Virus record (IMG/VR): IMGVR_UViG_3300047666_001531
Direction: 5' to 3' (one strand)
DNA: 64,000 nt
Source of the DNA: a virus
Lineage: Duplodnaviria > Heunggongvirae > Uroviricota > Caudoviricetes
The first letter of the stretch is position 1, and every line of letters begins with the position of its first letter. Positions 54,597 to 64,000 of the stretch are shown here, one piece after another. The notes below the pieces were generated by a model. That model did no database searches. It was not told the DNA's origin and saw only the letters and a program-made list of their open reading frames with translations. The position numbers and the translations under genes are program-made.

Positions 54597-56897
54597 ATGA
54601 AGAAAGCTTTTTTGCCATTGGCTGTATCTCTACTGTTACCTATGTACGTAGCCGCTAGTCAAGATAATCATACGTTGAGTGATGCGGTGCCTCCATCAGA
54701 CACCAATACCACTCCGTCATTTCAACAATTACTGGAAATGAAAAACAATGCTCAAAAAAGCACTTCCATACAGGGGCAATCCAATGATGTTAACGTCCAA
54801 CGTATCCTTGTTTTTTACCAACCATCTTATGCAGATAAATTCGGTATTGACGTTATTCATAAGCGTATTGAAAAGTCGATACTAAATGACTATCAAAACG
54901 TGGCCGGTGAAGGTAGGTTGATTGAAATTGTTGATATTCTACCACTGACCAGTGTTAGTGATACTTTGCCATATGGTGACCGTATTGACTTGAGTGGTGA
55001 TTTGGTTCAGCTTGGGTACAATTATATTAATGATTTTTTCCCAGATATTTACGATATTCTTGGTGTAGGGCTTGATGAGAACAAACCAGAAGGTCAACTA
55101 ACGTTAAAGCATGAGCCAGACTTGGTAACGATTTTCAGAGACAGACGCCCAGATGAAGGTGGCCTTTTAGGTCTTGGTGTTGTCACTGGAAGAAATACAC
55201 TTATTTTCGATAGTGGTAGTGGTATAAGCACACCTGACGAATATAATGTGTTGACGGTTCTCGTGCCTCATGAGTTTGGTCACAATCATGGCCTTAGTCA
55301 TGAGTTAAACGCAACGAACTTAGATGACGGTAGTAGTCCTGTTGACGAAAGCGGAAACTACACATTTAACCATGCAACTCAATGCGGCGATGCAGTAACG
55401 CTAATGTGGTCTACATTAAGCGACACGACAGAAGTTTTAGATTTCTATTCATCCCCTGAGAAATACCATAAAGGTGAGGTTTGTGGTCGTTATCCGGACA
55501 ATGTATTAAGCTTAAATGGTGCTTACAATCAGTGGTACTACGATCTTTATTATGAGCATGCATTTTCGAAAAGCGCATCATCAATACCAGCACCTGGCAG
55601 CAAAGTGTCATTTTTAGAAGACAGTCTTTCTGTTTCAGAGAGCGAAGGTAAATTTACCTTTAATGTAGTTCGTGAGGGTGATTTGTCTAAAGAAGCTCAC
55701 GTGTATGTTCGAGTGACGGACAATGGTGCCGCGAGTTATCCTGAAGATGTCATAGACTACAAAGCCAAAGCGTTTTTCGGTGTTGGCGAAAGTAATGCTG
55801 AAATAACGTTTGCGGTAATGCAGGATATGTTAGAAGAAAATTCAGAGGTTTTAGAGCTAGAACTGGTGTATCCGTTCAACACGTCAGATTCAAGCGAAAC
55901 TTTGCAAGTCCGTATAAATGATAGCTTTGTACCTATTGAGAGTCGTGGTGTGGTTTCATTAGTGCCGCCGAGTGTTCCTGTGGTAGAGGGTGGTGTGGGA
56001 TACATTGAATTCGAAAGGGTAGGTGGCAGTAAAGGGGATATACTGATCTCCCTTCGCCCAGAGTACTATTTGTTTGAAGATACAGGTCTAACAGCTCACG
56101 AAACAGAGGTTGGTGCTCATTTTACTACAACCGAAGGTCGTGATTACTTAATGCCAAACAGTTTGGTTGTGTTTAGAGATGGCCAGAAAACGCTAAGAGT
56201 GCCGGTGCAAACACTTGATGATTTAGATCCAGAACCGATAGAGGGGTTAACGTTAACGCTAGCCTCGTTGAGTGGAGATGTGATCGAAGTTAAGGAAAAT
56301 ACCAATGGTGCCATGTTGATATCAGATGACGATGCTGAAAGAGCGGGTGTTATTGCCATAGAATCAGACACACTTGATATCAATGAGTCTGACAAAGACA
56401 TCAACTTTAAAGTTTTTCGGGATTTAGATTTTGAAGGTGGCGTACCCTTCGATGTAATAATAAAGGTAAACTTCACTGGCGGCATAGAGCCTCAAGTGAT
56501 AAAGCTTAGAAATTCTTTTGAGGAAAAGTTTGATTACGATCCGATTCAAGACGGTGCTGCTGAACAGGGTGGCTATGAAGCTGTTAAGTACTTTACTCAC
56601 GAACTACGAGCGACCCCTCTATACTATGGTGATTATACGGTCGAAGTTTCTGTTGTTAGCTTGATTGATAATGGGCTTGTGGATCCAGATAAAAACCGCC
56701 TTGTGTTTAATGTTCAAAATGATAAAAATCCGCCGTTGAGCGAAAACACTTATCCGAGTAAAAAAGGAGAAAGTGGTGGCACTATGAATATAGTGTATCT
56801 CTTGGCAATAGGCGCTGTAGTTGGATTTCGTGCAAGAAAAAAAAGTAAAAAAAAGGGTGTAAAACGTATCTTAATCGGGTATGCTTTCTCTCGTTAA
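54597..56897 (+). CDS. Surface metallopeptidase (reprolysin-like) with Calx-beta domains and GlyGly-CTERM anchor
   Basis: Signal peptide; HEFGHNHGLSH; Calx-beta motifs (VSESEG...VVREGD, ATxGxDY-like, DDxxxEPxEGL); C-terminal SGGTMNIVYLLAIGAVVGFRARKK. Confidence 0.85.
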   Translation: MKKAFLPLAVSLLLPMYVAASQDNHTLSDAVPPSDTNTTPSFQQLLEMKNNAQKSTSIQGQSNDVNVQRILVFYQPSYADKFGIDVIHKRIEKSILNDYQNVAGEGRLIEIVDILPLTSVSDTLPYGDRIDLSGDLVQLGYNYINDFFPDIYDILGVGLDENKPEGQLTLKHEPDLVTIFRDRRPDEGGLLGLGVVTGRNTLIFDSGSGISTPDEYNVLTVLVPHEFGHNHGLSHELNATNLDDGSSPVDESGNYTFNHATQCGDAVTLMWSTLSDTTEVLDFYSSPEKYHKGEVCGRYPDNVLSLNGAYNQWYYDLYYEHAFSKSASSIPAPGSKVSFLEDSLSVSESEGKFTFNVVREGDLSKEAHVYVRVTDNGAASYPEDVIDYKAKAFFGVGESNAEITFAVMQDMLEENSEVLELELVYPFNTSDSSETLQVRINDSFVPIESRGVVSLVPPSVPVVEGGVGYIEFERVGGSKGDILISLRPEYYLFEDTGLTAHETEVGAHFTTTEGRDYLMPNSLVVFRDGQKTLRVPVQTLDDLDPEPIEGLTLTLASLSGDVIEVKENTNGAMLISDDDAERAGVIAIESDTLDINESDKDINFKVFRDLDFEGGVPFDVIIKVNFTGGIEPQVIKLRNSFEEKFDYDPIQDGAAEQGGYEAVKYFTHELRATPLYYGDYTVEVSVVSLIDNGLVDPDKNRLVFNVQNDKNPPLSENTYPSKKGESGGTMNIVYLLAIGAVVGFRARKKSKKKGVKRILIGYAFSR

Positions 56898-56926
56898 ATG
56901 GATTAACAAAACAACTTTAAGGATAT

Positions 56927-57505
56927 ATGATTATGGCTATGCCAATTACAATTAGTTCTCGTGTCGTGGGTAAAGAAGAAAACAAGTTTTTCGTAGCGTT
57001 TAGTAATTACGCACTAAATGACTCAGGTTTCATGGTTGAGTGTGAGTTTGACTCAAAGTTTGATTTGCCGTGGGGCGTTAAAGTGATGGAAATTCGTGAC
57101 AAAGGCAATTTTAGTCTCTTTGGTATGATGATCCGTTCTTTTGTGGAAGATGGCGAGCCATCGACACTTAAGCAACGAAAGAACGATGCTGAGCAAAAGT
57201 TCGCAAACCTTGTTTCCGCTGAAATTTCAAATATGCTTAATGGCTTTCATGGCGTAAGCGATATGAATAAACCAGTACCTTTATCCCCTGCATCCTTCAT
57301 TGAGCAGATCGCTGAAGAAGTGTTTACTTTCGGTGCACGCGGTGAATATAAAAATGGTGCTGAAGAGTTCGAAATTGTTCCATTGAAAGCTAAATTAACA
57401 GATCTTTATACCAAGCCTTTAATTAGCTTGAACTTCTTTAAAGATTTGCCGCCACATATATTGAGTCCTACAGATAGCATTGCCAAACCGGCCGCTAACG
57501 ACTAA
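56927..57505 (+). CDS. Hypothetical protein
   Basis: 192 aa ORF, AAGGA RBS. Confidence 0.7.
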   Translation: MIMAMPITISSRVVGKEENKFFVAFSNYALNDSGFMVECEFDSKFDLPWGVKVMEIRDKGNFSLFGMMIRSFVEDGEPSTLKQRKNDAEQKFANLVSAEISNMLNGFHGVSDMNKPVPLSPASFIEQIAEEVFTFGARGEYKNGAEEFEIVPLKAKLTDLYTKPLISLNFFKDLPPHILSPTDSIAKPAAND

Positions 57506-57569
57506 TCTCAATATAAAAAAAAAGCCGCTGTAACTAATAAGGTTGCAGCGGCTTTTTTGTGTGCTGTTG

Positions 57570-58439
57570 TTACAGAGATTTAATGTAGCTAATATTAACC
57601 ACTTGCCAAGTGCGATCATTTTGTTTAAGTAACTCGATAACCCCAGCAATGTGAGCCATACCATACGCTGTAGCTGACTTTGACAAATTTTCAATGTAGT
57701 TAGACAAGACAAGATTTCTTTCTTTCATAATGACGGGGTACTTTTCATCATCACTTTTTAAATGTTCGCCACTGAAAAAAGGTGTTGTTTTTTCAAGCAT
57801 GAGTATTTTTGCGGAAATGTAATAAAACAGCTTGTTTTTAATGTTTTCAGCGTCATTTTTGATTTCAGCGCTCTTTGAGGTCGCTAAGTTATATGCCTCC
57901 TCCTTAGATACTCCATGTTTTTCTTCAAGCATTTTTGTGTATAAATTTAAAAATTCACTGTAATTGAGATCCGCGTAAATATCACCAGGGTGGTATTCAC
58001 CTATGCAACTTGGTTGTGAAACAATGCCCATTCTAGATGGGTTCTCTTTGCTTTTGGCACAGCTTTTAAGTGTCACGCTAACCTCACCACTTACCCCAAT
58101 GCCTTCGTGGAGAATTGTGTGCCCGTTACTTCGAAGGGTTGTTAGTCGTTCATTTATTTCGTTATAGTAGTCCTTGGTGCCAATGTGCTGGATACCTAAA
58201 AAAACTAAATGTTGTCCATCATCGTTTTTCATTTCAACAACTGGTGTGTAAGTTGGCGCTACGAGTATAAGAAGAAACAATGTTGCGATAGATGTAGGAA
58301 AAGTAAGGAACAAGCCCTGAAATGGTTTGCTAAGTTTTAAACCTGACTTGCGAATAAAAATGTTGAATGTTTTAGATACTGTTATAACAACAGCGCTGAT
58401 AACCAAAAATATGGTAATTATAAATATATGAGAAAGCAT
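57570..58439 (-). CDS. Membrane-anchored protein, weakly TraB/GumN-like
   Basis: Two TM segments; LGIQHIG...YY, ILHEG, ERN, YGMAH motifs. Confidence 0.45.
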   Translation of the reverse strand: MLSHIFIITIFLVISAVVITVSKTFNIFIRKSGLKLSKPFQGLFLTFPTSIATLFLLILVAPTYTPVVEMKNDDGQHLVFLGIQHIGTKDYYNEINERLTTLRSNGHTILHEGIGVSGEVSVTLKSCAKSKENPSRMGIVSQPSCIGEYHPGDIYADLNYSEFLNLYTKMLEEKHGVSKEEAYNLATSKSAEIKNDAENIKNKLFYYISAKILMLEKTTPFFSGEHLKSDDEKYPVIMKERNLVLSNYIENLSKSATAYGMAHIAGVIELLKQNDRTWQVVNISYIKSL

Positions 58440-58514
58440 CCTTGCCTCTTGATGAAAAACTTTCTCTTATACTATCAAAAATAAACAAAAGCCCCATTTG
58501 GTGGGGCTTTTAAT

Positions 58515-59498
58515 TTACCCCTTGGGTTTCATTAGTGTAGCAAAAGCATTCATTTGGGCAGGGTTGAAATTTGCCTGATCCATTAATGTTTTGAGTGCTA
58601 TTGCTTGCTGGAAATCTTGCTCTGACATTTGGTTCTTTAATGTGTTGATTTCCTTAGAGCAAGCTACTACGTTACCAGAGACATAACCTAAATCGTTATC
58701 TTTTCTGTCTATCGTTAAGTAGTTGTCCGGTAGGTGATCATTGTTTTCGCCTTTTTCGTGCGGGAAAGAAACGAGCTTTTCTTTGGTGTAGTAACAAACA
58801 TGGTCGCGTAAAAGTGTTGATAGCTCTTCTATTGATAGTGAAAAATCAAGACCTCTTTTAGCGGCACTATCCATAAGCCAAAGATACTTTTTGGCAACGA
58901 ATCGGCCATGCTCAGACAAGGGGCAAAGTTTAACTTCAGCTACCGGTGATGGTCTCTCTTTACTTGAGTTAATAGATTTTACGTTTGAACGGTTGCTTGT
59001 AATATGTGTTGGTTTTGATTTAGGTGCCATAGGTGCAACGCGTATTTCATCAGAAAGTAAAAGCTTCAGGTAACCCTGCATATTGTTTGGTATATAGCAT
59101 GGGTTTACAGTACCCCATTTGAAGTAACATGTTTTTTGATGTTCAGACTGTTTATCTTCTGTCAAAAACGTATCTGGCACCCAGAATGGTGTGAATAACT
59201 CATATTTACTCATTATTTCACGAATGATGTTTGACGCATGAGCATTGATCAAGAAATACTCTGTATTTCTTGGCAGTAAATTGTTGTTAATATTGTCGAG
59301 ACCACGCTTAACGAAAGTTTGGTCAAAAGAGTCAGAGAACGCGGTAAGTTCTTCGCTCATTTGCTTATAAACTAACAACGCTTCTTGAATAGGGATAAGA
59401 AGTTTTACATCGTCGTATGATTTGTGTACTTCTCTTGAAAAATCAAGCGTCATGGCTTTTTTATTGTTTTCTAGTTGTTCTGCTAAATTTGTTTCCAT
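58515..59498 (-). CDS. Hypothetical protein with C-terminal HNH-like domain
   Basis: CYYT...LTIDRKDNDLGYVSGNVVACSKEINTLK. Confidence 0.65.
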   Translation of the reverse strand: METNLAEQLENNKKAMTLDFSREVHKSYDDVKLLIPIQEALLVYKQMSEELTAFSDSFDQTFVKRGLDNINNNLLPRNTEYFLINAHASNIIREIMSKYELFTPFWVPDTFLTEDKQSEHQKTCYFKWGTVNPCYIPNNMQGYLKLLLSDEIRVAPMAPKSKPTHITSNRSNVKSINSSKERPSPVAEVKLCPLSEHGRFVAKKYLWLMDSAAKRGLDFSLSIEELSTLLRDHVCYYTKEKLVSFPHEKGENNDHLPDNYLTIDRKDNDLGYVSGNVVACSKEINTLKNQMSEQDFQQAIALKTLMDQANFNPAQMNAFATLMKPKG

Positions 59499-59542
59499 AA
59501 TATTTTTCCATTTTTTTATAGTTTGAGTTTAAAGGTTTATAT

Positions 59543-60061
59543 CTAAAGTAGTTTTAATAATAAATTTAAGTTTTTTTCTCCTTCTGCGATTGCACTTTCA
59601 CATCGTGCAATAGTTTGCCTTGCTTCATTTATATTCGATTTAAAACTCCTTATTCCAGCTTCAACGTCACGAATGCCGCGTTCAGCCGCTTCTCGCTTAG
59701 TTTTAAAATGAGTGTTTTCATACATGAGTGCACCGCTATGGGTTGTGTTAGGCCATCCGAATTCATCGCAAGTGTCTTCGGAAATAGAGCAGTCATCACT
59801 AACCCAAAACACGCCTATATCTCCTTTTTGAGGATCTGCTTGCTCCCAAAGTTGTTTAAACAAGGCTTTGTTTTCGCTTATTTCGTTGTTGTAGCGAACT
59901 AAATCTTTGTTGGCTAAATTTTCAGCGCCATAAACAAGCTCACCATCGATATTGAAGCTAAGGATAGTACTAATAAAAGGCGAACCTATATGAAATAGCC
60001 CTGCGTCAATATGTGCAATGTGGTGTATTCTGAACTGTTCTTTTATTAATTTAATGCCCAT
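59543..60061 (-). CDS. Hypothetical protein (phage-like, coiled-coil C-terminus)
   Basis: 172 aa ORF. Confidence 0.65.
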   Translation of the reverse strand: MGIKLIKEQFRIHHIAHIDAGLFHIGSPFISTILSFNIDGELVYGAENLANKDLVRYNNEISENKALFKQLWEQADPQKGDIGVFWVSDDCSISEDTCDEFGWPNTTHSGALMYENTHFKTKREAAERGIRDVEAGIRSFKSNINEARQTIARCESAIAEGEKNLNLLLKLL

Positions 60062-60076
60062 TGTATTGCGTCCTAT

Positions 60077-61156
60077 TTACGGGGTTACTGATATTTGTTT
60101 TAAAGATTTTTTACAAATACGTTGGTTGTTTATGTAGAAAAGAAATTGCCCTTTAGAGATAATTTCCGTGTCATTCGGGTTGATTTTAAGTTCATTGGCC
60201 AGCCGATCATTTGAGACACCAATAAGCATGGCACCTATTTGTTGTGAAAAAATAGATTTAATTTCCCCAAACGTCATTCTGAGCAGTTGAAGTTGTTCAA
60301 GCACATCAGTAGCTTCGACAATGTAAGTGGTTTGTTCAAAGCCATTAGTTAAAAGCTGGTCAAACAGCATAGATGTGCCATTGTCCTGCATTGATTTAAC
60401 TAATTGTTCAGATCGGTGCGGCGTAGTGACTTCAATAGGTAATTTAAGCCCCCTGAGAGTTTTTGCCGCTTCTTCGTCAGTGATATGAGTGGTGATGTAC
60501 CCGCCATCATTTATAGATGTAGCGTAGTGAACAGAAAGTTTAAAGCTCTCAGCATCCGTTTCACCACAGACAATAATCTTTTCGGCTGCTACTACCGCCA
60601 TCTTGTGCATTGATATTTCAGAAGTGTAGTCGTCAAGATTAATGTAGCCAATATCTGGTTCGTCAGGGTAAGGGTGTTTGTGACCATCATCTGATGCTAT
60701 GAGGATAAAACGTTTAGTTCTATTTTCGTCAGCGAGAATTAAATCTACAAGTCTATTGGTTTTTCTAGGCTCATAACCCACGATCAGAATGTGTTTGCTT
60801 AAATGTGAAAAGTCTCGTTTGCCGTTCATAAGCTTATTTCTACCTTCAATAAATAAATTAGCCACTTTCCCCAATATCATCGCGAAAAGAGATAGGCCGA
60901 TAGTTAAAATAAAAAACGCTGTAAAAATTTTTCCGGCTGGAGTGATAGGGGATATATCACCATAGCCAACCGTGCTACAAGTAACTAAATACCAATAGAT
61001 AAATTCGGTGTAGCTAGATGTAATGGTGTATTCACCAAGAAGCCTTAAACCCACATAGCTTGCTGCTGCATGTAGAGTTGTGATAGTCAGTATGGTCAAC
61101 AAGGACACTTCACTGATGATCCGCTTAAATCTTAATACTAAAGGTTTTAACTGCAT
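60077..61156 (-). CDS. Potassium channel family protein (Ion_trans_2 plus RCK)
   Basis: YWYLVTCSTVGYGDISP selectivity filter; HILIVGY Rossmann start; start codon uncertain (ORF open to 61294). Confidence 0.9.
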   Translation of the reverse strand: MQLKPLVLRFKRIISEVSLLTILTITTLHAAASYVGLRLLGEYTITSSYTEFIYWYLVTCSTVGYGDISPITPAGKIFTAFFILTIGLSLFAMILGKVANLFIEGRNKLMNGKRDFSHLSKHILIVGYEPRKTNRLVDLILADENRTKRFILIASDDGHKHPYPDEPDIGYINLDDYTSEISMHKMAVVAAEKIIVCGETDAESFKLSVHYATSINDGGYITTHITDEEAAKTLRGLKLPIEVTTPHRSEQLVKSMQDNGTSMLFDQLLTNGFEQTTYIVEATDVLEQLQLLRMTFGEIKSIFSQQIGAMLIGVSNDRLANELKINPNDTEIISKGQFLFYINNQRICKKSLKQISVTP

Positions 61157-61586
61157 GTATAAAAAATCCAAAAACTCGTTTAGGCATAGGTGGAAATCAG
61201 CGCATCTTGCACTTTCAATTGCCGTCGTTATATTGACGTCATAACCTATGAATACTTGAGAATCAAACCACTGTTCCTTCAATGTTGAATCCACTTAAAT
61301 TGAGCAAGTGCTTTCAACTCCTACCACCTGATTGATACGAATAAGCCTTTTTAATATAACTAGTCGTTCAAGTGATTTGTTGGTGTGACCAAATAATAAC
61401 ACAATCGTTAAGCCATCTTCATTGATAGCGAACGTATTGTCACATTGAGAATAATTATACCCTTTTATACTGGTTGATTTCAACGAATTATTTTATCAAA
61501 ATGAAAATAATTGAAAGATTTAATTGTAGTTACCAACAAAAAAGCCCCTACATTGCTGTGAGGGGCTTTTGTTTTTGTTTTGAGAA

Positions 61587-62243
61587 TTAAAGGTTTTTTA
61601 ATTCATCGTCAAGGTTGAAGTCGTTTTCTAGCGACTTAAACTGATCACTAAGCTTGCTGTCGGTGTTCATTTCATCGGCAGCATCAAGCATATCTTTACG
61701 TTTTGCTTGTTTAGCTTTGGCGCGTTCAAGCGTAGATGCCAAGCCACCAACAGCATCACGACCTGTACCCAGAGATTCTTGGATACTTGCTTTTGAATCA
61801 TTCATAGCCTGGGTTGCTTTGTAGGTGTCGATTTCACCGCTAAGCTGGGTAACCGCACGTTTTTGCTGTTCATAGTACTTGTCAATTTCTTCGATTGCCG
61901 CAGTCATTTCTACCAACAGTTCTTTTGCTGGCGCTAATTGCGTGCTCACTTCGTTTCGCTTGGTAAGTGCAGCTTTTGCAAGTTCGATGTTATTTTTGTC
62001 TTTTGCCAGTTTCGCTTTTTCAGTCCAGTCTTCAAACTGAGTGTTAAGCTCATTAACTTTACGCTCCTGACCTTTAGCATTTGCACGTTGCTTGATACGG
62101 CGTTCATCCGCTTTTGCTAAGTTGTTTTTAGCATCACGTAAAGATTGCGTTAATTGCACGTCCATTGTTGCATCATCTAATGCTTCTTCAGCACTAGCAG
62201 CACCGGCGCGAAAGATAGTTGTGAACTTTTGTAAAATACCCAT
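61587..62243 (-). CDS. PspA/IM30 family protein (YjfJ-like)
   Basis: MGILQKFTTIFRAG amphipathic start, long coiled coil, C-terminal LDDELKNL. Confidence 0.85.
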   Translation of the reverse strand: MGILQKFTTIFRAGAASAEEALDDATMDVQLTQSLRDAKNNLAKADERRIKQRANAKGQERKVNELNTQFEDWTEKAKLAKDKNNIELAKAALTKRNEVSTQLAPAKELLVEMTAAIEEIDKYYEQQKRAVTQLSGEIDTYKATQAMNDSKASIQESLGTGRDAVGGLASTLERAKAKQAKRKDMLDAADEMNTDSKLSDQFKSLENDFNLDDELKNL

Positions 62244-62265
62244 AGTATTACTCCTGTAATGTCGA

Positions 62266-62676
62266 TTAGGCTTGTTTATTAATAAATCCGTCTTTAGCTA
62301 CTTCGTGCAGCTCAAGAGCGTTTTCCGCAAGAATATCCAATTCAAGCACGATGTTTTCAAAAATGGTGCTAGCGGCCATTTGTCCAGATAGTGCATAAAT
62401 GGCTTCGCCATCTGCATTGTCATAAATTGATACGTTACTCATAGGCAATGTGTCATTCATGCGTAGGAACGCTTCATTAATACGAGCTGGGTTTACCGCT
62501 GCGTTTACAGGGTATAAATCTACTTTCATTACGATTTGGCTTTCACCTACAGAAATGAGGATTGGTAGATCGCCGTGCTCTTCCATTGTTGCTAGAATTA
62601 TCTCGCCATGCAACTCAACATTTGCACCTTGTTTTTTTAGGGCGGATAATAATTCCATTGTATTCCATTTCTTCAT
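62266..62676 (-). CDS. YjfI/DUF2170-like protein
   Basis: EEHGDLPILISV...QI, FLRMN...PMSNVSI, YALSGQM; sits directly upstream of a PspA gene as in yjfI-yjfJ. Confidence 0.75.
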   Translation of the reverse strand: MKKWNTMELLSALKKQGANVELHGEIILATMEEHGDLPILISVGESQIVMKVDLYPVNAAVNPARINEAFLRMNDTLPMSNVSIYDNADGEAIYALSGQMAASTIFENIVLELDILAENALELHEVAKDGFINKQA

Positions 62677-62980
62677 TTGTAAACCTCAAAAGTTAGTTTA
62701 TTGCTAATTGATGTGACTAATATGACACATGAAAACGGAACTCACCAAAATAGGGCGCAATAATGCCTTTATTGTTGATGTGCTATTGTAATTCGACACT
62801 TTTATTGTCAAATTGGTTGTTGTTTCAATGTGAACGGAGAATATGTTACTGACCAAAGGTGGTGTAGTCAATGTTTAACGAACGTGCGTTTTAAAATGAT
62901 AATGCGACCCGTGTCGAAAACGTCACGCGTTGTATTTGTTTCTTTTTCGTATAAGATAAGCGGAAACAAGGAGAGCTTCA

Positions 62981-63565
62981 ATGATCATAGATGATGAGAT
63001 ATGGGTAACCCTAAGCAGATACTTGATTAGCCTGCTTAAAGCAAAATATAAAGAAAAGCACAATATAGAAAAATTTGAATATGAGGACATGGTTAAGTTG
63101 TTAGCTAAGAATGGCACGCCAATAACCAATGTTGCGTTGAGAAAAAAAGTGTCGAGAGGGCGTTTTTCGGCTCAATTTCTATTGCAGTTAATTTTGGCAC
63201 TTGATGTTGATTTAAGCTCAAGTGAAATAAAGGACGTGCTCAACAACAGCAGAGTTATTCTTTCGCTCATTAATAATGCTAATGCTAATAGAGGGAAGGG
63301 TGGTGATCACGCACTGATAGCCAATATGCTTAGGGTTGCTATGAATGTTGTGGAACTGTCAGGGCAATACCCTCAAGTTAATCGGCTCAGAGAAGCTTCG
63401 TTGGTTTTCCCTTATAGAAGTGTGTTGAGCGAACAGGTAGCGAGTAAGTTAAGTGATGATGACTTGTTTACATTATCTCTTTTCGATGAACTTCCTCACG
63501 AAGAAAAAGATGCGGTGATGAAAGCGTTTGGTGAGTTCTTATTTAATGGTACTCAAAAGGCATAG
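62981..63565 (+). CDS. Protein with DUF6471-like DNA-binding N-terminus
   Basis: LKA...YEDMVKLL...G...T...LRKKVSRGRFSAQFLLQLILAL. Confidence 0.6.
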   Translation: MIIDDEIWVTLSRYLISLLKAKYKEKHNIEKFEYEDMVKLLAKNGTPITNVALRKKVSRGRFSAQFLLQLILALDVDLSSSEIKDVLNNSRVILSLINNANANRGKGGDHALIANMLRVAMNVVELSGQYPQVNRLREASLVFPYRSVLSEQVASKLSDDDLFTLSLFDELPHEEKDAVMKAFGEFLFNGTQKA

Positions 63566-63577
63566 TTGTACGCACTG

Positions 63578-63642
63578 ATTTATTTACTACATCCTTGAGC
63601 AACCAACAGCTTTCATTATGATAATTTATTTACTACATCCTT
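63578..63642. repeat. 19-bp direct repeat flanking an operator copy
   Basis: ATTTATTTACTACATCCTT at 63578-63596 and 63624-63642; CTTTCATTATGATAA at 63610-63624. Confidence 0.85.
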
Positions 63643-63801
63643 AAAGGTTGTTGGCTCAAAATCGGCGCTCCGAACCACCACCTGAGAAAACTTAAACTTA
63701 AATGCGCAAAAAACAACGGTTAAGCAAAAAGGATTATAATTGCAAGCGTTGTGCCGCCTTGTTCGTGATATAAATTATTGTGAACAAAGGAGGTAGTTAT
63801 C

Positions 63802-63993
63802 ATGGAATTGATTGATTTTTTAGACACCATTAAAATTCAAAAAGGGTGGAGTGAAGAAACCTTACTTGAACAAATGGCGCTGTTTATAGAGATGCAAGAT
63901 TTATCTGAAGAACTTGAGGAGCATTTGCTTTCTGAGGCATCTGAAATTATTACAGAAGACCGTCAAGTTTACGACGACGAAGATGAAGAGTAG
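63802..63993 (+). CDS. Small acidic hypothetical protein
   Basis: 63 aa, AGGAGG RBS. Confidence 0.75.
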   Translation: MELIDFLDTIKIQKGWSEETLLEQMALFIEMQDLSEELEEHLLSEASEIITEDRQVYDDEDEE

Positions 63994-64000
63994 CCTGAGT

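Noticed and set aside
2682-63624. Calling the palindrome a canonical Fur box
   Set aside because: Half-sites are in the opposite arrangement to Fur's 7-1-7 box and the targets are not iron genes; kept only as a control to test
1-64000. Transposase, integrase, capsid, terminase or conjugation genes
   Set aside because: None recognisable, so no mobile-element boundaries or phage-versus-plasmid call can be supported

Overview
AT-rich window (roughly 38-40% GC by eye) from what looks like a large extrachromosomal element (megaplasmid or jumbo phage-like replicon) of a marine gammaproteobacterium. The replicon type and host are inferred from gene content only; no virion, conjugation or rep genes are recognisable here. 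It carries replication/nucleotide genes (nrdA, folA, ligA, 5'-3' exonuclease, glutaredoxin), four orphan DNA methyltransferases, envelope genes (Oar-like TonB-dependent receptor, PEP-CTERM and GlyGly-CTERM proteins, CNNM, K+ channel, PspA/YjfI), two giant paralogous Trp/Cys-repeat proteins, and two tRNA operons (18 tRNAs on +; 5 tRNAs and a remnant on -). Highlights: (1) each tRNA operon is preceded by a promoter, a short leader ORF and alternative hairpins ending in an intrinsic terminator, and each leader's codons mirror its downstream tRNA set. The 39-aa leader uses all 14 amino acids of the 18-tRNA array and none of the other 6; the 25-aa leader has a QQPICICLPQQWP core ahead of the Pro/Gln/Cys/Trp array. 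This suggests attenuators that sense tRNA shortage and switch on backup tRNAs. (2) A ~1.05-kb CsrB/RsmB-like RNA has ~30 GGA motifs plus ~11 conserved hairpins with non-GGA loops. (3) About 21 copies of a 15-bp palindromic operator (TTATCAWWWTGATAA-like) mostly overlap sigma70 promoters. (4) There are atypical tRNAs: an 8/4-fold Ser, and Asn and Trp with long variable arms.
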